NCBI GenBank assembly: GCA_016189025.1
Contig: JACPGS010000018.1
Coordinates: 6,921-70,920, forward strand
Length of the DNA: 64,000 bases
Reading direction: 5' to 3'
Source: Candidatus Magasanikiibacteriota bacterium
GTDB lineage: Bacteria > Patescibacteriota > Patescibacteriia > Magasanikbacterales > GWA2-37-8
Part shown: one piece after another, positions 16,880 to 25,764 of the stretch
Numbering within the stretch: the first letter of the stretch is position 1
Layout of the letters: the number at the start of each line of letters is the position of its first letter
Position numbers and translations under genes: made by a program
Notes under the pieces: generated by a model
Database searches by the model: none
Told to the model about the DNA's origin: nothing
Seen by the model: the letters and a program-made list of their open reading frames with translations, nothing else

Positions 16880-18656
16880 GCGAGGGAGTTAACGCTAGAT
16901 CGCGCACTAACAGCTCCAGTTCGCGGTTGCCGTTCCATTCATTGACGCCGACAGAAAAGACCAGGTCAATGGTAACTCCGGGCCGTAAAATTGTTTTCCA
17001 GTCGCGGGGGTGCTTGGCAGTATCGCCGAACCCGAAGGCGATGGTTTTGCGCACTACGCTGGAGCGGTGCGATACCATAATGCGCAAATGTTTGCCGTCG
17101 CTGCCTACCGGCTCCCTGCCTTTAACCGTCAGGCCGCGGGCGGCGTACACCGGTTCCGGGTTGCCCACGCCGAAGGGGGCGAATTTTTCCAGTAAGTCAG
17201 CCAGTTTCCAGTTAATGTCGTCGAGGTCAACCTCGGCGTCAATTTTTAATTGCGGCGTTAAATCTAGTTCCATTTCCCGAGCGGCCACCGCGGCGCGCAG
17301 GCGCTGCCGCAGCTCGCCGAGGACTGTTTCGTCGGTCAGAGTAAAACCGCAGGCCTGGGGATGTCCGCCGAATTTAGTAAACAGCTCCGGCATGGTTTGG
17401 AGCGTGGCGATCAGATTAAAACCAGGGACGCTGCGACCCGAACCATTCAGCCCGTTGGCCGTGCGGCTGACGACGACTGTCGGTTTGCCGAATTCTTCGC
17501 GGATTTTTCCGGCAATCAGGCCTAAGAGTCCAGTCGGCCATTGGTCGCCGACCACGCAAATCAGCGGCTCCTCTTCCTGCGCTTCTTTTACCACCTGGTA
17601 GCGGGCGGCGGTTACCAGTTTATCGGTTAGGCGCTGGCGGTCGCTGTTATTTTTTTCCAGTTGGGCGGCCAGACGCTCGGCCTCGGCGGCAGTATCCGCC
17701 ATTAGCAGAGCATAGGCAACGTTGGCATGATCCATGCGCCCGGCGGCATTAATCCGGGGAGCGATTTTATAGGCAATGGTATCGGCGGTAAAAGAGCCGC
17801 GGCGCGGCCGCCCCTGTTCATCGGTTAAACCGGCGGAAGCCAGCAAGGCGCGCAGGCCGAGGTTCTGGGTTTTCCCCAGCACTACCAGCCCGTAGCGGGC
17901 CAGGGTGCGCGATTCGCCAAGGAGAGGCACCATATCGGCGACCGTAGAAATGGCCACCCGATCCAGCAGCCATTTTTCCCAGCCTTCCTGGGTTTGGCCG
18001 TGGGGCAGAGCCGGATTTTGTTCCCGGTGTTTTTTCAGCAGTGCCTGCGCCAGTTTAAATGCCACCCCGCCGCCGGAGAGCGTTTTATCAGGATAGCGTT
18101 CGCCGGGGCGTAGCGGGTGGAGGATGGCGTCGGCCGGCGGGAGTTCTGGCGGCAGCGTGTGATGGTCAGTAACAATTACCTGCATTCCCAGTTCTTTAGC
18201 GCGGTTAATTTCTTCCCGGTTGCTGATGCCGCAATCGCAGGTAATAATCAGGCGGGCGCCTTGCTGGTGCAGGTAGTCAATAGTTTTTAAGTTAAGCCCG
18301 TAGCCGTCTCGTTCGCGGTGGGGGATAAAAACATCAGCCCTGGCCCCCAGTTCCCGCAGGGTAGATACTAAAAGGGCGGCGGCGCAGACGCCGTCCGCAT
18401 CGTAATCGCCGTGCACGATAATCAATCGCTCCTGCCCGATGCAGTCAAAAATAATTGCCACGGCCCGCGCCATGTCGTTAAACAAAAACGGGTCGGGAAC
18501 ATCCTGCGAATAATCCGGGTTGAGGAATTCGTCAATTGCTTCCTGGGTGGTGAGGCCGCGGTTATAGAGCAGCTGGGCAACCAGCGGGGGGAGTTCCGGG
18601 TGGTTGGCCAAAAATGCCGGCGGCGCCGGCAGGGAAACCAGCCATGGTGAGGGCAC
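16812..18656 (-). CDS. recJ: Single-stranded-DNA-specific exonuclease RecJ
   Basis: DHH motifs (IIVHGDYDADGVCAAALLV…ITCDCGI…VIVTDHH) and a DHHA1 region. Its 3' end overlaps the ytxH-like gene by about 68 nt. Confidence 0.85.
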   Translation of the reverse strand: MPSPWLVSLPAPPAFLANHPELPPLVAQLLYNRGLTTQEAIDEFLNPDYSQDVPDPFLFNDMARAVAIIFDCIGQERLIIVHGDYDADGVCAAALLVSTLRELGARADVFIPHRERDGYGLNLKTIDYLHQQGARLIITCDCGISNREEINRAKELGMQVIVTDHHTLPPELPPADAILHPLRPGERYPDKTLSGGGVAFKLAQALLKKHREQNPALPHGQTQEGWEKWLLDRVAISTVADMVPLLGESRTLARYGLVVLGKTQNLGLRALLASAGLTDEQGRPRRGSFTADTIAYKIAPRINAAGRMDHANVAYALLMADTAAEAERLAAQLEKNNSDRQRLTDKLVTAARYQVVKEAQEEEPLICVVGDQWPTGLLGLIAGKIREEFGKPTVVVSRTANGLNGSGRSVPGFNLIATLQTMPELFTKFGGHPQACGFTLTDETVLGELRQRLRAAVAAREMELDLTPQLKIDAEVDLDDINWKLADLLEKFAPFGVGNPEPVYAARGLTVKGREPVGSDGKHLRIMVSHRSSVVRKTIAFGFGDTAKHPRDWKTILRPGVTIDLVFSVGVNEWNGNRELELLVRDLALTPSPTSAAPAPALPTSSSAPALASA

Positions 18657-18787
18657 AGATTTTGAGATAAATTAATACTGCAACGCCGGCAGGATAGTGA
18701 AGAACAGCATCGCCAGAATGCCGATAATCGCCACCAGCACCCAGAGGGATTTAATGGTTTTGTGCTTCATAACACAGATTACGCAGA

Positions 18788-19180
18788 TTATTTATGATAG
18801 TAAACAACTCTTTGAAATTCAAGACTTGGGTTACCGAAGTTAAGAATTAATCCAACCTCGATGCCGGAAGCTTTTAAATAGGATATTAACTGAGCCTGAA
18901 ATATCTTTGGCATTTTTCCAGCGATCGCTTTAGTTTCAATAATGACTTTTTTGTTTACAATTAAGTCGGTTCTGAAATTTCCGATTTTGATCTTTTTCCA
19001 ATATACTATAAATGGTTTTTCAATTTCGATGTCATAGTTCATTTCCTTGGGTGATAGTATTATGCCTTTCTGGTAAATATTTTCTTTGAATCCAGGTCCT
19101 AACTCACGATGCAGCCTCATGGCAGCTCCAATGATACCCTCGGTTAAGCTTCCTTCTTTGAACATAATCTGCGAAATCAT
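18788..19180 (-). CDS. GxxExxY-family protein (PD-(D/E)xK nuclease-like), in a low-G+C islet
   Basis: TEGIIGAAMRLHRELGPGFKENIYQKG matches the GxxExxY signature. The probable start is the internal Met at 19165. Local sequence is markedly AT-rich compared with its neighbours. Confidence 0.55.
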   Translation of the reverse strand: MISQIMFKEGSLTEGIIGAAMRLHRELGPGFKENIYQKGIILSPKEMNYDIEIEKPFIVYWKKIKIGNFRTDLIVNKKVIIETKAIAGKMPKIFQAQLISYLKASGIEVGLILNFGNPSLEFQRVVYYHK

Positions 19181-19203
19181 GCATCACGTCTGCGTAATCT
19201 GTA

Positions 19204-21012
19204 TTATCGTTTCAGCACTGCCAGGTAGGCCTCGGGGGGAATGGCTATTTTGCCCCGCGCCTGCATTTTCTTTTTGCCTTTCTTTTGCTTCTTCAGCAGC
19301 TTCATTTTGCGCGTTACGTCGCCGCCGCTCATTTTGGCCAGCACATCTTTGCGCAGAGCCGGCAGACGTTCGGCAGCGATAATTTTACCGCCGATCGCCG
19401 CCTGAATTTTTAATTCAAACTGCTGGCGGGGAAGCGTTTCTTTAAGCGACGCAACGATTTTTTTGCCGGCTGCGTAGGCGCTATCGCGCCAGACCAGCAT
19501 CGCCAGGGCCTCTACCGGCTCTTCGGCCACCAGAATATCCAGCCGCACCACGTCGGTCGGCTCATATTCTTTCAGTTCATAATTCATGGAGCCGTAGCCG
19601 GAAGTGACGGTTTTTAGTTTATCATAAAAATCGGTTACCAGCGAGGCCAGGGGGATTTGGTAATGCAGCAGCGCGCGCTGATCGGCGCCGGCGCTTAAAT
19701 ACTCGGTATTTAGGTAGCGGCCTTTGCGTTCGGAGGCCAGCCCCATAACGGGGCCGACAAATTCCTTGGGCGCGATAATATCCAGCGCCATCCAGGGTTC
19801 GGCGATCGCGGCAAGATAATTTGACTCGGGCAGCTCTTGGGGGCTGCGCACCACCAGCTCCTCTCCCTTTTGGTTGGTTACCCGATAGGCGACGCTCGGC
19901 ACGGTAATGGTAATCGCCAGGCCGAACTCGCGGCGCAGCCGCTCCTGGAAAATGTCCAGGTGCAGCATTCCCAAAAATCCGCAGCGAAAGCCAAAACCCA
20001 GGGCCGGCGAATGTTCCGGCTCATAAATCAGCGCCGCGTCATTCAGTTTGAGTTTATTCAGGGCCTCGCGCAGTTCCTGGTAGGCATCGCCTTCCCGGGG
20101 GAAGACGCCGGCAAATACCATCGGTTTGACTTCGCGATAGCCGGGAAGCGGAGAGCGGGCGGGGTTAGCTGTTTGGGTAATAGTATCGCCCACCCGGCAC
20201 TCCGGCACATTTTTTAAGCCGGTCATCACATAGCCAATTTCGCCGTTCTGGAGTTTTCCGGCTGGGGTAAATTTAGGGGTATAGTACCCCAGCTCCAGAA
20301 TTTCTGCCATGGCGCCGGTCGCCATCAGGACAATCCGGTCGCCTTTGTTCAGCCCCCCGTCTACCACCCGCACCGAAGTTACCACCCCCTTATACTCATT
20401 AAACTGTGAGTCAAAAATCAGGGCGCGGGCGGGTTGGCTGCCGTGATCCGGCGGCGCAGGCACGCGTTCAATTACCGCTTGTAAAATATCGGCCACCCCG
20501 GCCCCGGTTTTTCCCGACGCCAAAATAATTTCTTCCGGCCGGCAGCCGAGCAGGTTAACTATTTCTTCTTTAGTTTTTTCCACGTTGGCAATCGCCAGAT
20601 CAATTTTGTTGATGACCGGAATAATCGTTAAATTTTGTTCCAGCGCCAGGTAGAGGTTGCCGATGGTTTGCGCCTGCACGCCCTGGGTGGCATCCACTAA
20701 AAGTATGGCGCCCTCTACCGCAGCCAGCGACCGAGATACTTCGTAGTTGAAGTCTACGTGTCCGGGAGTGTCAATTAAGTTTAAAATGTAGTCAGTTGTC
20801 ATTCCCGCTTGATATTTCATTCTTACCGGCGCTAGTTTAATGGTAATGCCGCGCTCCCGCTCCAGATCCATGGAATTCAACAGCTGTTCTTTCATTTCGC
20901 GCTTGGCCACCGTGCCGGTAATTTCCAAAAAACGATCAGCCAGGGTGGATTTGCCGTGGTCAATATGGGCAATGATGCAGAAGTTTCGGATGTGTTCAGT
21001 GGCGCTTGACAT
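19204..21012 (-). CDS. lepA: Elongation factor 4 (LepA)
   Basis: IRNFCIIAHIDHGKSTLADR G1 motif, DTPGHVDF, NKID and the LepA-specific C-terminal domain. Confidence 0.9.
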   Translation of the reverse strand: MSSATEHIRNFCIIAHIDHGKSTLADRFLEITGTVAKREMKEQLLNSMDLERERGITIKLAPVRMKYQAGMTTDYILNLIDTPGHVDFNYEVSRSLAAVEGAILLVDATQGVQAQTIGNLYLALEQNLTIIPVINKIDLAIANVEKTKEEIVNLLGCRPEEIILASGKTGAGVADILQAVIERVPAPPDHGSQPARALIFDSQFNEYKGVVTSVRVVDGGLNKGDRIVLMATGAMAEILELGYYTPKFTPAGKLQNGEIGYVMTGLKNVPECRVGDTITQTANPARSPLPGYREVKPMVFAGVFPREGDAYQELREALNKLKLNDAALIYEPEHSPALGFGFRCGFLGMLHLDIFQERLRREFGLAITITVPSVAYRVTNQKGEELVVRSPQELPESNYLAAIAEPWMALDIIAPKEFVGPVMGLASERKGRYLNTEYLSAGADQRALLHYQIPLASLVTDFYDKLKTVTSGYGSMNYELKEYEPTDVVRLDILVAEEPVEALAMLVWRDSAYAAGKKIVASLKETLPRQQFELKIQAAIGGKIIAAERLPALRKDVLAKMSGGDVTRKMKLLKKQKKGKKKMQARGKIAIPPEAYLAVLKR

Positions 21013-21075
21013 AAAGCGATAATAGCGGTAGGATGTAAGTTTCTAGGAGGAAAACCAAGAAAGAGGAGGGGACCA

Positions 21076-21645
21076 ATGGCCCGCAAAAGAAAGGTATTTC
21101 CGGTATTCAGGCAAGATACTCGCCAGCTGGAGGCAGTAAAACCTAGAGGGAAGCAGGCCAGGCGGGCATTCAGAGCTCGATACAAACGGGTACGACGGGA
21201 TCTTAAGTCTGCTCTGAATTCGCTGCCGTCGCCTCCGGCAGCAGTCGGTTCTCGTTCCGCACCGCCGCTCCCATCCGCTCCCCAGCCGCCCGTAGCAGCC
21301 CCGCCTCCGCCGCCGGTGGCTTCCCGCGCACCGCGTTCCCCGGCGCTTCCCGCCTCCGCCATCCGCCCACTGGAACTGCCTGGGGAAACCGGCGTAGTTT
21401 GGTGGGGGCGCGAGGTTCCCTGGTGGTTGGCGGCGTATGCCATTACAGCAGCAGCAGCAGTATGTAGCCTGGTTTTGGTCGTCGTATCCTATGCCCATCC
21501 CTGGGCCGGGTACTTCGGCCTCGGCCCGGTCAGCGGACTGGCCGCTACCTGGGCAGCGGTTTATTCCTTGGTTTGGATCGGCAAGCGCCGGGTCCGGGCC
21601 AGAAAAACCGTTGCCCGCAGTAAACCGCGTTCTCGGCGTATCTGA
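21076..21645 (+). CDS. Hypothetical basic, Pro-rich membrane protein (G+C-rich islet, strong SD)
   Basis: AGGAGG-type SD 8 nt upstream. Basic N-terminus, a PPxP tract and two hydrophobic helices. Confidence 0.4.
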   Translation: MARKRKVFPVFRQDTRQLEAVKPRGKQARRAFRARYKRVRRDLKSALNSLPSPPAAVGSRSAPPLPSAPQPPVAAPPPPPVASRAPRSPALPASAIRPLELPGETGVVWWGREVPWWLAAYAITAAAAVCSLVLVVVSYAHPWAGYFGLGPVSGLAATWAAVYSLVWIGKRRVRARKTVARSKPRSRRI

Positions 21646-21682
21646 CCGCCGAGACCAGGTTTATCCCTTTTATGCCGGCGTT

Positions 21683-21717
21683 CGCGAATCATGCGGACGC
21701 CGGCGTTCTCGTTTTGG
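21683..21717 (+). terminator. Rho-independent terminator
   Basis: GCCGGCGttcgcgaatcatgcggaCGCCGGCgttctcgtttt. Confidence 0.5.
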
Positions 21718-21771
21718 TTTGACTTTCTAAACCTATATGGTAGGGTTAAGCATAACAAGGAGGAGGTATCC

Positions 21772-21903
21772 ATGGCAACCTGGCGCGAATGGATTTTGGA
21801 CATCATCGCCCGGCGGGCCAGTTGGCCAGCGGGGTTCCTGGGGCTCATGGTGGCCACCGTGCTGTGGGCGCTCAACCCGCAGCGGGGAAAATTCCCCTGG
21901 TAG
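21772..21903 (+). CDS. Small hydrophobic peptide (43 aa) with strong SD
   Basis: aaGGAGGAGgtatccATG; peptide MATWREWILDIIARRASWPAGFLGLMVATVLWALNPQRGKFPW. Confidence 0.35.
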   Translation: MATWREWILDIIARRASWPAGFLGLMVATVLWALNPQRGKFPW

Positions 21904-21915
21904 GAGGGAGGAAAG

Positions 21916-22032
21916 ATGGCGATCATCGATCTGCTGATCGGTCTGGCCGAAGTCTTGCTCGGCCTTATCCGCGCCTGGTTCTATGCGGCCCGAGCGTGGG
22001 CGAATGAACCAGTGGTTTGGCGACCTGCCTAG
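21916..22032 (+). CDS. Small hydrophobic peptide (38 aa) with strong SD
   Basis: taGGAGGGAGGaaagATG; peptide MAIIDLLIGLAEVLLGLIRAWFYAARAWANEPVVWRPA. Confidence 0.3.
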   Translation: MAIIDLLIGLAEVLLGLIRAWFYAARAWANEPVVWRPA

Positions 22033-22058
22033 AGCTGCGTCGCAAAAAGGAGAACGAG

Positions 22059-22172
22059 ATGGAAACGCTCCAGGAGTTATTGCAGACTAAGTTCATTGTA
22101 GTCACCCTGGTCATGTTGGTGATCGTGGGGATCATCTTCTTCTGGCCCCGGAGCGACCGGCGCATGAAGTGA
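22059..22172 (+). CDS. Small hydrophobic peptide (37 aa) with strong SD
   Basis: aaAAGGAGaacgagATG; peptide METLQELLQTKFIVVTLVMLVIVGIIFFWPRSDRRMK, a single TM helix with a basic tail. Confidence 0.35.
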   Translation: METLQELLQTKFIVVTLVMLVIVGIIFFWPRSDRRMK

Positions 22173-22263
22173 TCCTGGCGATCGGCAAGAAGGGGGACCA
22201 GCGCCCGAAAGGCGCCGCCGGCGTTCGTGATGTTCACGGGCGCCGGCAAGCTTTTTAAGCTGG

Positions 22264-23910
22264 CTATATTTGTTCCGCTTCGTCAATTCCCGCCGGCACC
22301 TGCCATAGCCGCAGCCAGCGCCGCTTTAAGCTCGCCTGCAACTGAATCATTTCTTCCAGTTTTAATATCCGGCACAGCAGAGCGTAAACAGCCAGGCCGC
22401 CGCTGCCGGCAAGCAATCCCCACCAGAATACGCCGGTCCAGCGCGTGGTATTCAGCAGGTAAGACAGCAGATATTTTAATAACTGGACCGTGAGGGCCAT
22501 TCCCAGTCCGGCGCCGGTAATTTTATACAACAAAGTAATTAATTTATCTTCCGCCAGCTCGCCGCGCTCCAGGCGCAGTCCGGCATAGAGTAGCACCGCA
22601 TTAATAATCGCGCCGAGGCTTCCCGCTAGCGCCAGCCCGGCCACTCCCAGCCGCCGCATCAGAAATACCGCGGCGGTGATGCTCCCGGCTTCGGCAATTA
22701 AACCCATCAGGAACGGAGTGCGGGTGTTGGCGAGGGCGTAAAAGGCGCGGGCCAGGAGCGGAATGAGTCCTTGGGCAAACAGTCCCAGGGCAAAAAACGC
22801 CAGGGCGTCGGCCGTGGCGATGGTGGCGTCCCAGTTAAATTGGCCGCTGCCCAAAACCACCCGCACAATTTGGGCGCGCAACAGGAGCAGCAGAATAGTG
22901 GCCGGAGCAGTAAGGAATAAAATTTGCCGGATGGTGCGGGCCAGATGCTCGCCGAAAGCGGCGCGGTCGCCCCCGGCGGCGGTTTGCGAGAGCAGAGGGA
23001 ACACGGCGAGAGCAAAAGGAATGGCAATTAAGCCGGTAGCCACGGCCTGCAGGTTATTGGCGAAGTTATATACGGCAACACTGCCGGAAGTCAAAAGTGA
23101 AGCCAAAAAGGTGATAATCACCGCATTGAACTGGGTCATTGCCAGGCCCAGGGTGCGCGGCAGCATCAGGCGCCCCACCCGGCGAGTAGCCGAATCGTAT
23201 AAATTAACAATTCCCTGCCAGCGCCAACCCACCCGCCAGGCGCCGTAGATTTGGCTTAACGCATGGAGGCTGGCGCCGCCCACCACCCCCCAGCCGAGCG
23301 CTACCGGCGCGAGCCGGAATTCGCCCACCAGCATGGCACCGGCAATAATTCCCAGATTATAAAGTACGGGCGCCAGCGAATAGATAACAAACCGGCGCAG
23401 CGACTGCAAAACCCCTCCCATTACCATGGCAATGCCGAATAAAATAGGGGAGAGCAGCATCAGGCGGGTCAGCTGGATGGTTAAGTTTTTGGTAGATTCG
23501 GCAAATCCCGGGGCGAGGAGCGGCACGAAGAGAGGCGCGGCAATCGCGGCAATTGCCGCGAGGATAATCAAAATCAAAACGCCCAGATTAAGGACGTTAT
23601 TCGCCAGCCGCCAGGCCGGCATTTTATTCGCGCCGGCGTAGAAGAGTTTAGTGAAAGTGGGGATGAAGCCGGCGGTGAGCGCGCCGACAATCAGCAGATT
23701 ATAGAGGAGATCAGGGATTTTGAAGGCGGCGTAGTAGGCGTCCAGTACGGGCCCGGCGCCGAAGTAATGGGCCAGCGCTCGGTCGCGCAGCAGCCCCACC
23801 AGGCGGCTCGCCAAGGTAGCGCCGCTAATTACCACCGCGGCGCCGGTAACGGACTTTGATTCGGCCGAAAGAAACTTCAACACAAATTTTTCACCTCGGC
23901 ACCTGTACAA
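22264..23910 (-). CDS. murJ: Lipid II flippase MurJ
   Basis: The N-terminal segment …VISGATLASRLVGLLRDRALAHYFGAGPVLDAYYAAFKIPDLLYNLL is a typical MurJ/MviN start, followed by about 14 TM helices. The true start is possibly non-ATG. Confidence 0.85.
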   Translation of the reverse strand: MYRCRGEKFVLKFLSAESKSVTGAAVVISGATLASRLVGLLRDRALAHYFGAGPVLDAYYAAFKIPDLLYNLLIVGALTAGFIPTFTKLFYAGANKMPAWRLANNVLNLGVLILIILAAIAAIAAPLFVPLLAPGFAESTKNLTIQLTRLMLLSPILFGIAMVMGGVLQSLRRFVIYSLAPVLYNLGIIAGAMLVGEFRLAPVALGWGVVGGASLHALSQIYGAWRVGWRWQGIVNLYDSATRRVGRLMLPRTLGLAMTQFNAVIITFLASLLTSGSVAVYNFANNLQAVATGLIAIPFALAVFPLLSQTAAGGDRAAFGEHLARTIRQILFLTAPATILLLLLRAQIVRVVLGSGQFNWDATIATADALAFFALGLFAQGLIPLLARAFYALANTRTPFLMGLIAEAGSITAAVFLMRRLGVAGLALAGSLGAIINAVLLYAGLRLERGELAEDKLITLLYKITGAGLGMALTVQLLKYLLSYLLNTTRWTGVFWWGLLAGSGGLAVYALLCRILKLEEMIQLQASLKRRWLRLWQVPAGIDEAEQI

Positions 23911-24514
23911 TTAGCGTGGCGCGGGGGGTAAAAGTAGCGCGCTTTACTCCTTCCACGGTCAGCATGCCGGCGCCGCCGCCCGGGCGTTTGAAGGTAAGCT
24001 TGCGTGAGGGGCCCTTTTTTTCTGTTACTTCTACGGTATAATTGGCGCCGGTCAGATTTTTTTCGTAGTAAGAGAAAACAAAATCAGGATCCGCGGTCAT
24101 ATTTTTCCATTCAATGCGGATGGTGTCGGGGTATCCGGGCAGCGCCGGCCAATCCGGATCAAGCGTCAGCGCCGGCGCCACAAAAAATTGGGTAAACAGC
24201 GAGTGGAGCGGCGCGGGGAGGAGATTAGCAATCAACTGGGTGCGGTAGCGGTAAACCCCGGAAGTAAAAACAACGCGGCTGATGGAGTCGCGGTCATAGA
24301 GGGGGATAGTGCTGGGGAAGGCAGTAGGCGGATTGCGCGTAATTACTGCGCCCTTCCCAATAAACAGGCGGAGGCCGAGGGCCGCGGCCGCCGCCGAAAT
24401 AATCAGGCCGACCAAACCCAACAACAACCCTCTGGTCCAGGGGCGGTTGCGCTTGGTGAGCTCCTGAATCGGCGGCTCCACGATTTGCACTTTTTCTAAA
24501 TTCGGTTTTTTCAC
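23891..24514 (-). CDS. Hypothetical membrane-anchored protein
   Basis: N-terminal signal anchor (LLLGLVGLIISAAAAALGL) and a soluble C-domain with no recognised motifs. Confidence 0.4.
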   Translation of the reverse strand: MKKPNLEKVQIVEPPIQELTKRNRPWTRGLLLGLVGLIISAAAAALGLRLFIGKGAVITRNPPTAFPSTIPLYDRDSISRVVFTSGVYRYRTQLIANLLPAPLHSLFTQFFVAPALTLDPDWPALPGYPDTIRIEWKNMTADPDFVFSYYEKNLTGANYTVEVTEKKGPSRKLTFKRPGGGAGMLTVEGVKRATFTPRATLIVQVPR

Positions 24515-24542
24515 AGATTTTAATTACGGAACTACTATATTT

Positions 24543-24652
24543 CTGGTCGCTCGGTTGTGGTAGACACCCCCCCGTGCTCCCCCCGCCTACGCGAGGGTGC
24601 GCGCGCAGGGAACCCGTCTACCACTCCCTCGCTCGGTTTCGTAATTCAAAGT
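24543..24652. repeat. Family-A structured repeat with partial TIRs
   Basis: ctggtcgctcggttGTGGTAGACaccccc…ccccgcctacgcgaggg…GTCTACCActccctcgctcggtttcgtaattcaaag. The left flank carries taattacggaac. Confidence 0.55.
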
Positions 24653-24715
24653 AATGATACTCATTACGTTCACATATTCTAGCAGATGCCTGGCGGTTTG
24701 GCTAGAGGGCAAACA

Positions 24716-24743
24716 AAAAATCCCGACTTAATCGGGATTTTTT
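24716..24743. terminator. Rho-independent terminator
   Basis: aaaaaaTCCCGACTTAATCGGGAttttttg. Confidence 0.6.
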
Positions 24744-24877
24744 GTGCTCATTCAGACCGTCTCGCTACTGTCATTCCCATCAAAATGGGAATCCATCGGA
24801 CAGTCGGAAAATTGCGTGCCGGGGAGAGTTTGTTGCTCGAGCCTCCCCCCGGCAGGCGGCTCGGCGCTGGCCAGGCG

Positions 24878-25606
24878 CTAATGCTTGGCCGTCTTTTTCT
24901 CCTTTGCTCCTTTGGGCACGGGGCAGAGCTCGGGCACGCTCACCCCGTTCACGGCATCGTAGCTGTTGTTGAAGTTCATTGCCCAGTCGGTGTGGTGCCA
25001 GTCCGTGGCCAGGTGCTTCTTGTGGAAGTAGATGACCACGTACTGTCCTGCGTGCTCTTCTCCATCCTCGCGGGCCGGTTCCACGGTCTGGACCAGACCG
25101 TTGGGAAGCTCGGCGAGCACCGGGAAGATACCGGCGTCGTAGGTGGTACCGTTCCAGACCCTGGCTTCGGCATCCAGGAAGGCCATCGCGTTGTAGCGCG
25201 CGACGTATCGGCACTTGACCTTGCTGCCCCGGTACTTCAGAACTTCGTCGCGCGTCAGGTACGTCTTGGCCGCTCTCTCTTCGATCTGGCTCGGCATCCC
25301 GAAGGCCGCGCGAAATTCCTCCTTCAGGTTGTCGCCGTCGAGCGTCGCGGTCTGCACCTCGCCGGTATTCGGATTCACGACCGCGAGGTTCACGCCGCCT
25401 GCGGGCGCCGGCTGTTCCGGGGCGGCCTGGAGCGCGCTGGCGTCCGGCGGCGTCCGGATCCGCGCCGCCTCGGGGATGCCCACGTTGCCGTTGCCCGAGA
25501 CCACCGGCGCCTGGGCGCACCTGCTGTCGAGGGCGAGCGCGAGGTACAGCATGAAGCCGCCCAGCACCAGCGTCGCCACGAACGGAGGCCAATTTGTCTT
25601 CTTCAT
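24878..25606 (-). CDS. Hypothetical secreted/membrane-anchored protein in a G+C-rich segment with strong SD
   Basis: Start MKKTNWPPFVATLVLGGFMLYLALA (signal anchor) is preceded by AAAGGAGAAC. It has a normal amino-acid composition, unlike the two overlapping Arg/Gly/Pro-rich shadow ORFs. Confidence 0.5.
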   Translation of the reverse strand: MKKTNWPPFVATLVLGGFMLYLALALDSRCAQAPVVSGNGNVGIPEAARIRTPPDASALQAAPEQPAPAGGVNLAVVNPNTGEVQTATLDGDNLKEEFRAAFGMPSQIEERAAKTYLTRDEVLKYRGSKVKCRYVARYNAMAFLDAEARVWNGTTYDAGIFPVLAELPNGLVQTVEPAREDGEEHAGQYVVIYFHKKHLATDWHHTDWAMNFNNSYDAVNGVSVPELCPVPKGAKEKKTAKH

Positions 25607-25727
25607 TGAAGTTCTCCTTTTTCTCCGGATTCCTTTCCGGTAGCAAGAAGCCACTGGACTTCCTCTTACCGGAGGGGAATGCCGGAATTGGCTAAAAAGA
25701 ACAATAACAGCCTAGTTTAGCATAAAA

Positions 25728-25756
25728 TTGCCTATTTGTCAAGCCCCTGGTACAAT
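25728..25756 (+). promoter_or_regulatory. Candidate promoter TTGCCT-17-TACAAT with TTGTCAAG in the spacer; near-leaderless
   Basis: The -10 ends 9 nt before the ATG at 25765. The spacer begins aTTTGTCAAG, as at 57641 and 59901. Confidence 0.4.
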
Positions 25757-25764
25757 GATCCGGT

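Noticed and set aside
16627-17601. Long plus-strand ORFs (16627..17601, 17010..17195, 17905..18096, 18411..18650) overlapping recJ
   Set aside because: They lie opposite the well-supported recJ coding strand and have an Arg/Gly/Ser-rich biased composition with no motifs, so they are shadow ORFs.
21437-22007. Multiple overlapping 60-120-aa ORFs on both strands in the 21.0-22.3 kb G+C-rich islet
   Set aside because: High G+C yields many spurious open frames. Only ORFs with a strong SD and a plausible hydrophobic-peptide composition were kept, at low confidence.
24686-25646. ORFs 24686..25609 (+) and 24780..25646 (-) in the G+C-rich segment
   Set aside because: Both are Arg/Gly/Pro-rich low-complexity translations typical of off-frame reading of high-G+C coding DNA. 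The third ORF (24878..25606 -) has a normal composition, a signal anchor and an SD, and was kept.
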